From positions 69,969 to 133,968 of the forward strand of contig NVUH01000005.1 of assembly GCA_002401855.1 (NCBI GenBank): DNA of 64,000 nucleotides, written 5' to 3'. Position numbers and translations under genes: made by a program. This DNA comes from Hyphomicrobiales bacterium. Its GTDB lineage: Bacteria > Pseudomonadota > Alphaproteobacteria > Rhizobiales > OSC116. Position 1 is the stretch's first letter, and every line of letters begins with the position of its first letter. The notes below the pieces were generated by a model. That model saw only the letters and a program-made list of their open reading frames with translations. It searched no databases and was not told the origin of the DNA. Positions 19,135-29,043 of the stretch are shown here, one piece after another.

Positions 19135-22100
19135 TTAAAACTCGTCATTATTCCCAACAAGAATTTCACGCTTGCCAGCATGATTGGCCGCGCCAATCAC
19201 CCCGTCTTCTTCCATCCGCTCAATAATCGTTGCCGCGCGGTTATATCCGATCGACAATTTACGTTGAATATAGCTAGTCGAAGCTTTTTGATCCCGCGCC
19301 ACAATTGCTACCGCTTGGTCATATAAATCCAAAGCTTCACCATTTTCATCGGTGGTTGGCGCAGGGCCGCCATCTGGTGCAGCAACTTCAGTTTCGCCTT
19401 CAACATCAACCGTAATGTCTTCAATATATTCAGGCACACCTTGGCGTTTCAAATGGTTCACAACGCTTTCAACTTCTTCATCTGCCACAAACGCACCATG
19501 CACGCGGTTAATCCGCCCGCCGCCAGCCATATGCAGCATATCACCTTGGCCGAGCAATTGCTCAGCACCCATTTCATTCAAAATGGTGCGGCTGTCAATT
19601 TTACTGGTCACTTGGAACGAAATACGCGTCGGGAAGTTGGCCTTAATCGAACCGGTAATCACGTCAACACTAGGGCGTTGCGTGGCGGTAATCATATGAA
19701 TGCCCGCCGCCCGCGCCATTTGCGCCAAACGTTGAATCACCCCTTCAATTTCCTTGCCCGCCACCATCATCAGATCGGCCATTTCGTCAATCACAATCAC
19801 GATAAACGGCATCTCTTCATATTCCAAAGCTTCATGCTCATAAACTGGCTTACCAGTTTTGTGGTCAAAGCCAGTTTGCACCGTGCGCACCAGCGGCTCG
19901 CCTTTGTCTGCCGCAGCTTTAATCCGTTGGTTATAACCTTCAATGTTACGCACGCCCATTTTGGCCATCTTCTTATAGCGGTTTTCCATTTCCCGCACGC
20001 TCCATTTAAGCGCCACAATGGCCTTTTTAGGGTCAGTCACCACGGGGGTGAGCAAATGCGGAATGCCATCATAAACTGACAATTCAAGCATTTTCGGGTC
20101 AACCAAAATCAACTTACATTTGTCAGGCGGCATCTTATATAAGATCGACAAGATCATACTGTTAATGCCAACCGATTTACCCGAGCCTGTGGTGCCCGCA
20201 ATCAGCAAATGCGGCATGCGCGCAAGGTCGGCCACCACGGGGGTGCCATCAATGCTTTTGCCTAAGGCCATCGGCAATTTTAACTTGTTGCCTTTAAATT
20301 CTTCCGATGAAATAATCTCGTTCAAATAAACCGTATCACGATGTTCATTAGGCAATTCAATGCCGATAATGTTACGCCCCGGTATCACCGCAATACGTGC
20401 AGAAATAGCGCTCATGCTACGTGCAATGTCATCGGCCAAGCCAATAACCCGTGCCGATTTAACTCCAGGAGCTGGCTCTAATTCATAAAGCGTAACCACA
20501 GGCCCGGGGCGGACATTCATAATTTCGCCACTGATGCGAAACTCAGCCAGTACATTTTCCAAAATACGTGCATTGGCGGCCAATATCTTTTCAGACACTT
20601 TATTGTCCAGATCGCTGCTTATTGGCATGGATAAAAGGTCAATCGATGGCAATTCATAATCATCAGCGGAGGGTCCGCCATGGTTGAAACCAGTTCCCGC
20701 TTGGCTAACCTTGCGGCCTTTGCGCACATTAACTTGCGGAGCACTTAAATCAAACGGTTGTACATGAGGCGTTGGCGCTGGCTCGGCTGGCTCAATCACT
20801 GTAGTGGGTGCAGCAGCAATGGGTGCTGCGGCAATGGGTGCTGCGGCAATGGGTGCGGCTGCCACAGGAGCTGCTGGTGCCACAGGCGCTGGTTCGGCAA
20901 TAAATGGCTGCGCTGCTAAAGGCGCTGCTTGTTGTGGCGCATATTGTGGCGCGGCTGGTTGTGCAAAATTTTGCGGAGCTCCATTAAAAGCTGGCATATC
21001 ATTATACGCAGTCTCTTCAGCATGTGCAGGCGCGGCTTCATAATGTGGCGGTGTAGTAAACTCAGTAGTTTGATACGGTGTTTCAAAATATGTTTCTGGT
21101 GCGGCGTTAGGTGCAACATTCTGAGCAACATTTGGTGCAAAGGGTTGAATATAAGGTGCCGCATGTGCTTGCGCTGCATCATGGGCGCGTATCGCGGGCA
21201 TCTGCATATCAGGCGCAAACCGTCTATCTTGAGTGGGCGCACTATCAGCCCAATAATCTTCATAACTATTGGGGCCATCGTAAAAATCGCCCATTTCTGG
21301 CATGCCAACCACTTCAGAACGCACATTATTAGTCAATGATGCTGGGTTTGTTTGGGGCGCAGGATTTAATTGCGGTGCCATGTTAATCTTATATGGGTCG
21401 GCAACTTGTTGCTGATAATGCGTTTGCACATCTTGGTTGAGCGCCGGAATATGCGCCCCAGTTTGTGCATTGCGGATTGGTTCAAACGCATGCGGGTTAA
21501 AGTTTGGCTCGATATGGCGGTGCATATTAATATTGCCAGAATCGGCTTTAGGGGCGCTGAGGTTTGATATGATTTTAGAGAAAAATTGTTGGGTGCGCGC
21601 TTTTAACGGATTATAGACCTTGTTGCGCGTGCCGCCAAGACGGCCTGCTTCATCATCGTTATTTCTAGATAAGAATTCAGGAATGTTTTTCATATCAGTC
21701 TCATTCATAGCGGCTAAATTGGGGGATATATTTGTTAAATCTTCATATTCTAACGGGGCATGATCACTTCGTGTTTTCCACGGTTTTCTATCGCCTTGGA
21801 ACGGCTCTTTATTTTGGCTTCTTAGGCTGGCAATATGGTTAGCCAAGCTTAAAGATTTGCGGCCCAAAACATGTGATTTATTTTTAGCATTCTGCATGAT
21901 TTGTGCGCCAGAATCGATGCTGGCTTCATTTAAAAACGTAAGCGTGGCGAGCATTTCTTTAAACCGCAAACCACAAGCATATAACCCGAGCGCCAAGCCT
22001 ATAATGGCCAATAAAATAGCCGCAATGCTTTTGGCCACCATATGCACTGATGAGCCAAGCAAATCAGACATAATGGTGATGGTCACATCACCAGCAATGC

Positions 22101-22572
22101 CGCCCAAACCCACTTTAAGCGGCCAGCCAGCAAATGTGGGAATAGCCGACAAGCTACCGGCAATACAAAAACCTGCAAAAACCCACGCAATGACGCGTAA
22201 AATGGGGCGTTTTATTTGTTTGTGGCGGGTTAGGCTTAAGCCCGCCAAAGCAATTGGGATCAATAAAAATACGATGGCCAATCCAAAAGTTTGGATCAGA
22301 AAATCTGACATATAAGCACCAGTCAGACCAAGGTAATTTTGCACCATATCGGATGTCGCATGGTTAAGGCTTGGGTCTGTTGCAGACCAAGAAACGACGG
22401 CCACGGCAACAAATGCCACAAGGCTAATAATCAACAAGCCAACAATCTCTAAAAACCGATTGAGTAAAAATTGTTGCAATGATTTGGGCAAAATGCGGGT
22501 GCTTTCAATCGCCTCTTCAATGTCATCATGATGCAGAGCTTGATAACCTACTTCGTGTGAAAAATCACTCAT
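19135..22572 (-). CDS. ftsK: DNA translocase FtsK
   Basis: 1145 aa. N-terminal multi-TM domain, very long P/A/Q-rich linker, motor domain with Walker A GTTGSGKSVGIN, C-terminal gamma (winged-helix) domain. Confidence 0.95.
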   Translation of the reverse strand: MSDFSHEVGYQALHHDDIEEAIESTRILPKSLQQFLLNRFLEIVGLLIISLVAFVAVAVVSWSATDPSLNHATSDMVQNYLGLTGAYMSDFLIQTFGLAIVFLLIPIALAGLSLTRHKQIKRPILRVIAWVFAGFCIAGSLSAIPTFAGWPLKVGLGGIAGDVTITIMSDLLGSSVHMVAKSIAAILLAIIGLALGLYACGLRFKEMLATLTFLNEASIDSGAQIMQNAKNKSHVLGRKSLSLANHIASLRSQNKEPFQGDRKPWKTRSDHAPLEYEDLTNISPNLAAMNETDMKNIPEFLSRNNDDEAGRLGGTRNKVYNPLKARTQQFFSKIISNLSAPKADSGNINMHRHIEPNFNPHAFEPIRNAQTGAHIPALNQDVQTHYQQQVADPYKINMAPQLNPAPQTNPASLTNNVRSEVVGMPEMGDFYDGPNSYEDYWADSAPTQDRRFAPDMQMPAIRAHDAAQAHAAPYIQPFAPNVAQNVAPNAAPETYFETPYQTTEFTTPPHYEAAPAHAEETAYNDMPAFNGAPQNFAQPAAPQYAPQQAAPLAAQPFIAEPAPVAPAAPVAAAPIAAAPIAAAPIAAAPTTVIEPAEPAPTPHVQPFDLSAPQVNVRKGRKVSQAGTGFNHGGPSADDYELPSIDLLSMPISSDLDNKVSEKILAANARILENVLAEFRISGEIMNVRPGPVVTLYELEPAPGVKSARVIGLADDIARSMSAISARIAVIPGRNIIGIELPNEHRDTVYLNEIISSEEFKGNKLKLPMALGKSIDGTPVVADLARMPHLLIAGTTGSGKSVGINSMILSILYKMPPDKCKLILVDPKMLELSVYDGIPHLLTPVVTDPKKAIVALKWSVREMENRYKKMAKMGVRNIEGYNQRIKAAADKGEPLVRTVQTGFDHKTGKPVYEHEALEYEEMPFIVIVIDEMADLMMVAGKEIEGVIQRLAQMARAAGIHMITATQRPSVDVITGSIKANFPTRISFQVTSKIDSRTILNEMGAEQLLGQGDMLHMAGGGRINRVHGAFVADEEVESVVNHLKRQGVPEYIEDITVDVEGETEVAAPDGGPAPTTDENGEALDLYDQAVAIVARDQKASTSYIQRKLSIGYNRAATIIERMEEDGVIGAANHAGKREILVGNNDEF
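20811..20890. repeat. In-frame 15-nt tandem repeat inside the ftsK linker
   Basis: GC(A/T)GC(A/G)GCAATGGGT x3 at 20811-20855, then degenerate units. Encodes AAPIAAAPIAAAPIAAAP / VAPAAPVAAAP on the minus strand. Confidence 0.85.
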
Positions 22573-23780
22573 TGGCTTACCCCCATTTTTGAATAATATG
22601 TAACCAGTCTTTGTAAGGCGTTGCGTGTGTCATCCAAACTGCCAACCAAGGCCAAGCGTAGATAATCACTGGCGCTTTCTTCTGGGTCATTATGTGCCGC
22701 CAAATAAGACAGATAAGCACCCGGTAACGCCTTAATGCCGCAATGCGCCCACAAATCTTGCGTGGCTTTAACACCGCCGCCATGTGCACTCATATCTAAC
22801 CATAAGAAAAACCCGCCCCGTGGCCGTGTGTAACCAAAACGATCGCCTAAAATCTCGTCTGCAATGTCGAATTTTTGATTGTATAATTTGCGATTTTCTA
22901 TCACATGTTGTTCATCTGACCATGCCGCAACAGAAACCAATTGCAAGGGCAGTGGCACTTGCGCTGCAGCTATGTTGCGCATGGCTTTAAACCGAGCGAT
23001 GAAATCAGCATCACCTACGCAGAAACCCGAGCGCAAGCCTGGCAAGCTAGAGCGTTTAGACAAAGAGAAAAAGCTAATGACATTTTTAAAATCAGCTTGG
23101 TTGGCAGCAATTTCTAACGCACTTATTGGCGCTTCATCAGCATATATTTCGCTATAACATTCATCTGAAAAAATATAAAAATCATATTTACGTGCCATGG
23201 CAATCAGCATGGCAAAATAAGTGGCATCAGCAAATACACCCTGTGGATTGGCGGGAGAGCAGATAAAAAATGCGCTCATCCGTTGCCATTCATCTTCCCT
23301 GACTTTGGTGATATCGGGCAAAAAACCTGAGCTTTTGGGTGATGGCAAAAACAGTAATTCGGCCTGTGCCGCCATTGCACCCGCCGCATAAACCTGATAA
23401 AATGGGTCAGGCATCGCAATGACGGGTTTAGCAGTTGTATCAGATTTCACCGCCATTAAAGCCGCGTTAAATAGGCCTTCGCGTGTGCCGTTAAGTGCCA
23501 CGACATGCTTATCTTTATCGACCAATCCATTGAGTGAAAAACGTTTATTCACCCAATCGGCATTGGCGCTTCGTAGCTCATCTATGCCTAATGAATTAGG
23601 ATATTTACCAAAGCCAGCGATGTTTTGGTTAATGATGCTGGCAACAAAATCAGGGAAGGCATGTTTAGGTTCACCAATTGACATATCCAAAATAGTTTGG
23701 CTCGGCGTCACGCCCGCAATGAGCTGGCGAAGCTTGGAAAATGGCCCCTCGGGCAGATGATCAAATAAATATTGTTCCAT
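22569..23780 (-). CDS. Class I/II pyridoxal-phosphate-dependent aminotransferase
   Basis: PLP-lysine motif FSLSKRSSLPGLRSG. ~400 aa from ATG 23780 (MEQYLFDHLP). Stop overlaps the ftsK start (ATGA at 22569-22572). Confidence 0.8.
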   Translation of the reverse strand: MEQYLFDHLPEGPFSKLRQLIAGVTPSQTILDMSIGEPKHAFPDFVASIINQNIAGFGKYPNSLGIDELRSANADWVNKRFSLNGLVDKDKHVVALNGTREGLFNAALMAVKSDTTAKPVIAMPDPFYQVYAAGAMAAQAELLFLPSPKSSGFLPDITKVREDEWQRMSAFFICSPANPQGVFADATYFAMLIAMARKYDFYIFSDECYSEIYADEAPISALEIAANQADFKNVISFFSLSKRSSLPGLRSGFCVGDADFIARFKAMRNIAAAQVPLPLQLVSVAAWSDEQHVIENRKLYNQKFDIADEILGDRFGYTRPRGGFFLWLDMSAHGGGVKATQDLWAHCGIKALPGAYLSYLAAHNDPEESASDYLRLALVGSLDDTRNALQRLVTYYSKMGVSQ

Positions 23781-23951
23781 GGGCACTCTAAACAAAATGA
23801 AACGATTTTGAGCTACAACCACGCAACTCTCACGGTCTCAAGCTACCAAACTAGAGTTAAGAGCAGGTTAAAAAGACGAGCTAAACTTGCAGATATGTGA
23901 ATAAAATGATTAAAACTTGAGTGAAACGAGTTAAATAAATTAACTTTATAT

Positions 23952-24320
23952 GTTCGGCTTCGCCTCTCTTTTTATCGTTCGCGTTGCTCTCTATAAGCAC
24001 TAGCGTGCGTTCGCTCCGCTCTCTTGCCACGCCTAACGGCGACGCGCAGTCGCGCTTGCCTCAGCCCAAGGGCTTCGGACCCTTTTCCCATGATATGCAG
24101 TATAGTACCAAGCAGCAAACTCCGAATTTGTTGGGGCGCACCGAAATACGGAGTTTCACCAAACTCTAGCTAACTTAGCTTAATGAAGTCACGTTGGGTG
24201 GTGAATTCGCATCCGATCAGCGGCCGAGTGGCTTAGCTAGGGAGCGGAGCGAACGCACGCAGTGCCAAACATAATGCAAACTTCCAGAGCGTTGGCAGTA
24301 GCGCTATACTGCTTGCTCGG
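23952..24320 (-). repeat. Repeat-family locus D (full element, central module inverted relative to C, E and F)
   Basis: Core 23997-24023. Inverted core 24240-24265. Inverted junction TGCAAACTTCCAGAG 24275-24289. The central ~215 nt is the reverse complement of the C/E/F centre. Confidence 0.95.
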
Positions 24321-24822
24321 AATATAGCTGTTTGGCACGGCCTAAATCTATTTCGAGGCTGAATTCTAAAAAATAACCTAGCTGCCAATTCTGAGTTTTG
24401 ACGGCTTGTTTGTTGATGGCTTTGTCCCATGATGGGTAAACTCGTATGCCGTTTTTGCCGCGTTTTTGGGTGGTCGATATTATGCCGTGTTTGGCTAAGG
24501 CTGTTTTGGGGAAGACGAATTGTCCGAATTTATCGCCATTGGCGCAATTGATGACCAGTAGATCAAACTTGTCATCTATATGCTGTGGTTGGGTGATGCC
24601 TTGTTGATCGCGCTGCCAAATGGCGACAAATTGGCCGATTTTCTTTGGGGTGATTTTGGCGGTGCGGGTGATGATTGTGAGTTGGTTTAATTTATATGTG
24701 CCTGCGCCATATTCGTTGCTTTCTTTATCTTTAGTCGCATGTGAGATTGTGAAATTTAATGGTTGATAGAGCTGTTTCTGAATAAAACTGAGATTTTGGC
24801 TGAATATTGTTTGGTTGGACAT
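24304..24822 (-). CDS. Hypothetical protein, possibly MepB-like
   Basis: 172 aa. KKIGQFVAIWQRD... resembles my recollection of MepB-family proteins; not verifiable here. The last codons and the stop lie in repeat D sequence. Confidence 0.4.
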   Translation of the reverse strand: MSNQTIFSQNLSFIQKQLYQPLNFTISHATKDKESNEYGAGTYKLNQLTIITRTAKITPKKIGQFVAIWQRDQQGITQPQHIDDKFDLLVINCANGDKFGQFVFPKTALAKHGIISTTQKRGKNGIRVYPSWDKAINKQAVKTQNWQLGYFLEFSLEIDLGRAKQLYSEQAV

Positions 24823-24959
24823 CTGTAAAATTTACCTAAAATTTAATTAAAAAATAGTCTTAATAAATTGTAAAAAAAACGTTAAATTAACACTTTGATA
24901 ACTATATCAGCGTAAATATTAACCCAGTATAGGTGAACAAATCAAGACTGAGGTTTAGT

Positions 24960-26714
24960 ATGACAATCAATATTCAAATGCCCGAGTTAAGAGAATTGAA
25001 GCCACGCATCACTGTATTTGGTGTTGGCGGGGCTGGCGGTAACGCCGTTAATAACATGGCAGCACAGGGCCTTGAGGGTGTTGAATTTGTTGTTGCAAAT
25101 ACCGATGCGCAGGCATTGGCACAATCTAAAGTCGAGCGGCAAATACAGCTTGGCACAATGATTACAGAAGGTTTGGGCGCTGGCTCACGGCCTGAAATTG
25201 GCGCTGCGGCGGCCGAAGACAGCTTGCCAGACATTGCTGATTGCATGCATGGCTCGCATATGTGCTTTATCACGGCTGGTATGGGCGGCGGTACAGGCAC
25301 TGGTGCTGCACCGGTTATTGCGCGGGCTGCGCGTGAGCTTGATATTTTGACTGTTGGTGTGGTGACGAAGCCATTCCAATTTGAAGGTGCGCGCCGTATG
25401 GATATTGCTGAGCGCGGCATTACTGAGCTTGAGCAACATGTGGATACGCTGATTGTTATTCCGAATCAAAATCTATTCCGCATTGCTAATGAGAATACAA
25501 CATTCTCTGATGCCTTTGCGATGGCTGACCAAGTTCTTATGAGCGGCGTTTCTGGCATTACTGATTTGATGGTCAAAGAAGGCCTGATTAATTTGGACTT
25601 TGCTGACGTAAGATCAATTATGAAAGACATGGGCAAAGCCATGATGGGCACAGGCGAAGCAACTGGCGAAAAACGTGCTGTTGAAGCTGCTGAAGCGGCG
25701 ATTTCTAACCCATTGCTTGATGACGTATCTATGAAGGGCGCTAAAGGCCTGTTGATTAGCATCACTGGTGGTAGCGATTTAACGCTTTATGAAGTTGATG
25801 AAGCGGCATCGCGCATTCGCTCGGAAGTTGACCCTGAAGCTAACATTATTTTGGGTGCAACATTTGATGATAGTTTAGATGGCGCTATGCGCGTATCTGT
25901 TGTTGCAACTGGTATTGATAAAGAAGATATATTGGTGCTAGATAATGGTGCGCAATCGAGCGTTAGTGCTTATGGTCGTAGTGCGGTTGATAAAATATCT
26001 GCACCTCGCGCGCAGCAAGCTGCGCCTATTGCTCCTGCGCCACGTGTGGCTGTGGAAGCACCTAAAGCGACTATGCAACCACAGAATGAGAATGTTGAAG
26101 TTAGACGCATGAGTGCAACAGATGCTGCTGAAAAAGCAGGTCGGCGGTTGGAGCAACCCGGTTTGAATGCTGAACAGCCGCAAGTGACTAAAACCAATTC
26201 TGGTTTTGAAGCACAGCGCCCTGTGACTGCGCGACCAAACATGACTAGGCAAGCGCCACAACCGCAAGTGCGGCCTTTAACTGAGCAAGCACAAAGCCGA
26301 GTGGCGGCTAATGTTGGCAATAGCACGCCGCGGGCTAATTTGGCGCAGCAAAGCCCTGCACATGCTTTGCGCACTGATGATTTTCCACCAGTTGCCCAGC
26401 GTGAAATTCGTCAATCGCAAGAAATGCAGCAACGTGATGAGCAAGTGAGAGTGCAACCTCAGGCTCAAGCAGCAGAGACAGGTGTAAAGCGTAACGGTTT
26501 TTTTGACCGTTTGGCAAATGTTGGCCTAGGCCGCAAAGATACTGACTTGGTGGATGGAGTTCAACAACCTGCACAAGGGCAAACTGTTCGTCAAGAAACG
26601 CCGCAAATGCGAGCTGCTGAACCACAACCAGCTGTTGCTCCAGTTGATGAGAGCTCAATTGAAGCGGCTGAAAACTTGGAAATTCCAGCTTTCTTGAGAC
26701 GGCAAAACAATTAA
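24960..26714 (+). CDS. ftsZ: Cell division protein FtsZ (long-linker type)
   Basis: [15 protein letters not shown], tubulin signature [17 protein letters not shown], ~230-aa Q/P/A-rich linker, C-terminal peptide [13 protein letters not shown] 24960 after GAGG is preferred over track start 24933. Confidence 0.95.
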   Translation: MTINIQMPELRELKPRITVFGVGGAGGNAVNNMAAQGLEGVEFVVANTDAQALAQSKVERQIQLGTMITEGLGAGSRPEIGAAAAEDSLPDIADCMHGSHMCFITAGMGGGTGTGAAPVIARAARELDILTVGVVTKPFQFEGARRMDIAERGITELEQHVDTLIVIPNQNLFRIANENTTFSDAFAMADQVLMSGVSGITDLMVKEGLINLDFADVRSIMKDMGKAMMGTGEATGEKRAVEAAEAAISNPLLDDVSMKGAKGLLISITGGSDLTLYEVDEAASRIRSEVDPEANIILGATFDDSLDGAMRVSVVATGIDKEDILVLDNGAQSSVSAYGRSAVDKISAPRAQQAAPIAPAPRVAVEAPKATMQPQNENVEVRRMSATDAAEKAGRRLEQPGLNAEQPQVTKTNSGFEAQRPVTARPNMTRQAPQPQVRPLTEQAQSRVAANVGNSTPRANLAQQSPAHALRTDDFPPVAQREIRQSQEMQQRDEQVRVQPQAQAAETGVKRNGFFDRLANVGLGRKDTDLVDGVQQPAQGQTVRQETPQMRAAEPQPAVAPVDESSIEAAENLEIPAFLRRQNN

Positions 26715-26737
26715 AAATCTTTAATTCTTAAAGTAAA

Positions 26738-26767
26738 AGCACCGAGTTTCTCGGTGCTTTTTTTTTG
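26738..26767 (+). terminator. Rho-independent terminator of ftsZ
   Basis: AGCACCGAG-TTTC-CTCGGTGCT followed by a 9-nt T-run. Confidence 0.85.
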
Positions 26768-26770
26768 GTT

Positions 26771-27345
26771 AATGTTTGGCACTGCCTCTTTATGTTTGGC
26801 ACTGCGTGCGTTCGCTCCGCTCTCTAGCTAAGCCACTCGGCCGCTGATCGGATGTGAATTCGGCACCTAAGTTGACCTCATTAAGCTAAGTTGGCTGGAA
26901 TATGCCGACATTCTGAGTTTCGGTGGTATCCTTGTTGATGCTCTGGAAGTTTGCATTATATTTGGCACTGCGTGCGTTCGCTCCGCTCTCTAGCTAAGCC
27001 ACTCAGCCGCTGATTGGATGTGAATTCGGCACCCCAATCAACTAAATTACGCTTAGTGAGCTAGAGTTTGGAGAAGCACCGAGTATGGGTGCTAAACTGC
27101 TACTCATTGTGCTTTTCTTGGAAAATATGCCCGACCCCGTAGGGTGAGGCAAGGCCGACTGGCCGTCGCCGTTAGGCGTGGCAAGAGAGTGGAGCGAACG
27201 CACGCAGTGCTACTAGCTCACCGATAGGTGGGCGAAAAAGAGAGGCGAAGCCGAACGAAAAAATGTAGACTTCCAGAGCTTAGGCAGGAGTGCGACCCTA
27301 GTATAGGCTGTAAAAAGACAGTTAGCTGGTAGTTAGGGCTCTGGA
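26771..27345 (+). repeat. Repeat-family locus E (truncated copy followed by a full copy, in tandem)
   Basis: Cores at 26799-26824 and 26965-26990. Inverted core 27185-27210. Junctions 26941-26955 and 27329-27343. Inverted junction 27264-27278. ATGTTTGGCACTGC is duplicated at 26772 and 26792. Confidence 0.95.
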
Positions 27346-27390
27346 AGTTTGTACTTTTCCTGATATGGTGCGGGTGGGAGACTTATATAG

Positions 27391-28122
27391 ATGCAGAATA
27401 TTTTGTATATAACGGGAGCGGGGGTTAGTGCTGAGAGTGGCATACCTACGTTTCGTGGGGTGGATGGTTATTGGACGATTGGGTCTAAAAATTATACACC
27501 GCAGCAAATGGCGACGCGGGCTATGTATCGGCAAAATCCTGCGCAATTTTTACTGTGGTATTATAAACGTTTTGCGACTTATCGTGACCATGGGGCTAAT
27601 GAGGTGCATTATTGGTTGGCCGATAAAAATTTGATTACGCAAAATATTGATGGGCTTGATGGCAAGGCGGGGAATGAGGATTATATATCCATCCATGGGC
27701 GCTTGGACAAGATGACGATATTTCATGAGCAGGGTGAGGATGTGGATGTGGTGACCGCGCCTTATGATGATTTGGACACAGATTTGAATGATGCGGAGTT
27801 TTCTAAGGCTTTGCTTGATATGTTTAGAATTGTAGATGAGACGCCGAAGTTAAATGTGAGCTTTAAGCCGTATGTTTTGTTATTTGATGAGGTTTATACG
27901 GAGCTTTACCGTATAAATGAAGCGCATGAGCGGATGTATGGCGCTGACAAAATTATATTTATGGGCACGAGTTTTAGCGTTAACATCACTCAGATGGCGC
28001 TGGATATTGCGGTGCAAAATAACATTCCGATTGAGATTGTTGACCCCAACCCGATCAATATGGGGCATATAAATGTTAAATATCATAAAATGACTGCGCT
28101 TGACTATATTCAAACTGTTTGA
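27391..28122 (+). CDS. Sir2-family NAD-dependent deacylase homologue lacking the zinc-binding cysteines
   Basis: GAGVSAESGIPTFRG, TQNIDGL, catalytic-type His in SIHGRL, FMGTSFSV. There is no Cys anywhere in the 243 aa. Confidence 0.8.
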   Translation: MQNILYITGAGVSAESGIPTFRGVDGYWTIGSKNYTPQQMATRAMYRQNPAQFLLWYYKRFATYRDHGANEVHYWLADKNLITQNIDGLDGKAGNEDYISIHGRLDKMTIFHEQGEDVDVVTAPYDDLDTDLNDAEFSKALLDMFRIVDETPKLNVSFKPYVLLFDEVYTELYRINEAHERMYGADKIIFMGTSFSVNITQMALDIAVQNNIPIEIVDPNPINMGHINVKYHKMTALDYIQTV

Positions 28123-28285
28123 AATGGGGTAAAAGACCATGAAAAAGCCGAATTTGAGGTTTATTTTGGGTGGAAACTGAGCAAGCTATAGATAATTCGT
28201 CTTTTGTTCACTTTTTGTTTTGATTGTTTGAGTATATATAGTATTTTGAGATTAAAATATCGACTCAATGTAATGAGGAAATTAA

Positions 28286-29032
28286 ATGAGTTTTTTAAGA
28301 GTTTCTGGCCTGTTTTTAGCCATAGCGATGCTAAGTTCTTGCGGTACAGTGGGTGGTATATTGCCTGCGGATGAGCCTGCCCATGTGATTAATGCAGATG
28401 CGCAAAATCTATTGGCTAACCATAATTATAAAAAAGCGGCCGATCGGTTTTTGGAACTTGAGCGCCAACATCCTTATTCTAAATTTACCCAAAAAGGCAT
28501 GATGTCGGCGATTGAGGCTTATTTCTTAATCCGTGATTATGATGATGTGGCTTATACTGCTGATCGTTATATTATTTTATACCCCAAAGCTCGTGATGTG
28601 AAACAGGCATATTATTTGCGTTCTGAAGCTTATTATATTCGCGTGGCGGATGTGAAGCGTGACCAACGTATTACCAAGCGAGCGCAAAAGGCGCTTAAAT
28701 CTTTGATCAGGCGTTTCCCAAGATCTGATGAAGGCATTGCGGCTAAAAATAAGCTATTGATTACTTATGATGTTTTGGCGGCAAAAGAGCTTGAAGTTGG
28801 GCGTTTTTACTTGAAAAAACATAATTTCCCAGCGGCGATTAATCGCTTTAAAGTGGTGGTTGATGACTATGAAACCACGAAACAAATTGAAGAAGCGTTG
28901 GCGCGTTTGGTTGAGGCTTATTTGGCGCTTGGTTTGCGTGATGAAGCTACGGCTAATGCCGCATTACTGGGGCGTAATTATCCATCTGGCGAATGGTATG
29001 GTTATGCGTTTAATTTGCTCAATAAAAATTAG
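28286..29032 (+). CDS. bamD: Outer membrane protein assembly factor BamD (ComL/YfiO lipoprotein)
   Basis: Lipobox LAIAMLSSCG, TPR-like repeats. Position upstream of recN-ligA is typical for alphaproteobacteria. Confidence 0.85.
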   Translation: MSFLRVSGLFLAIAMLSSCGTVGGILPADEPAHVINADAQNLLANHNYKKAADRFLELERQHPYSKFTQKGMMSAIEAYFLIRDYDDVAYTADRYIILYPKARDVKQAYYLRSEAYYIRVADVKRDQRITKRAQKALKSLIRRFPRSDEGIAAKNKLLITYDVLAAKELEVGRFYLKKHNFPAAINRFKVVVDDYETTKQIEEALARLVEAYLALGLRDEATANAALLGRNYPSGEWYGYAFNLLNKN

Positions 29033-29043
29033 GTGATTGGTCA

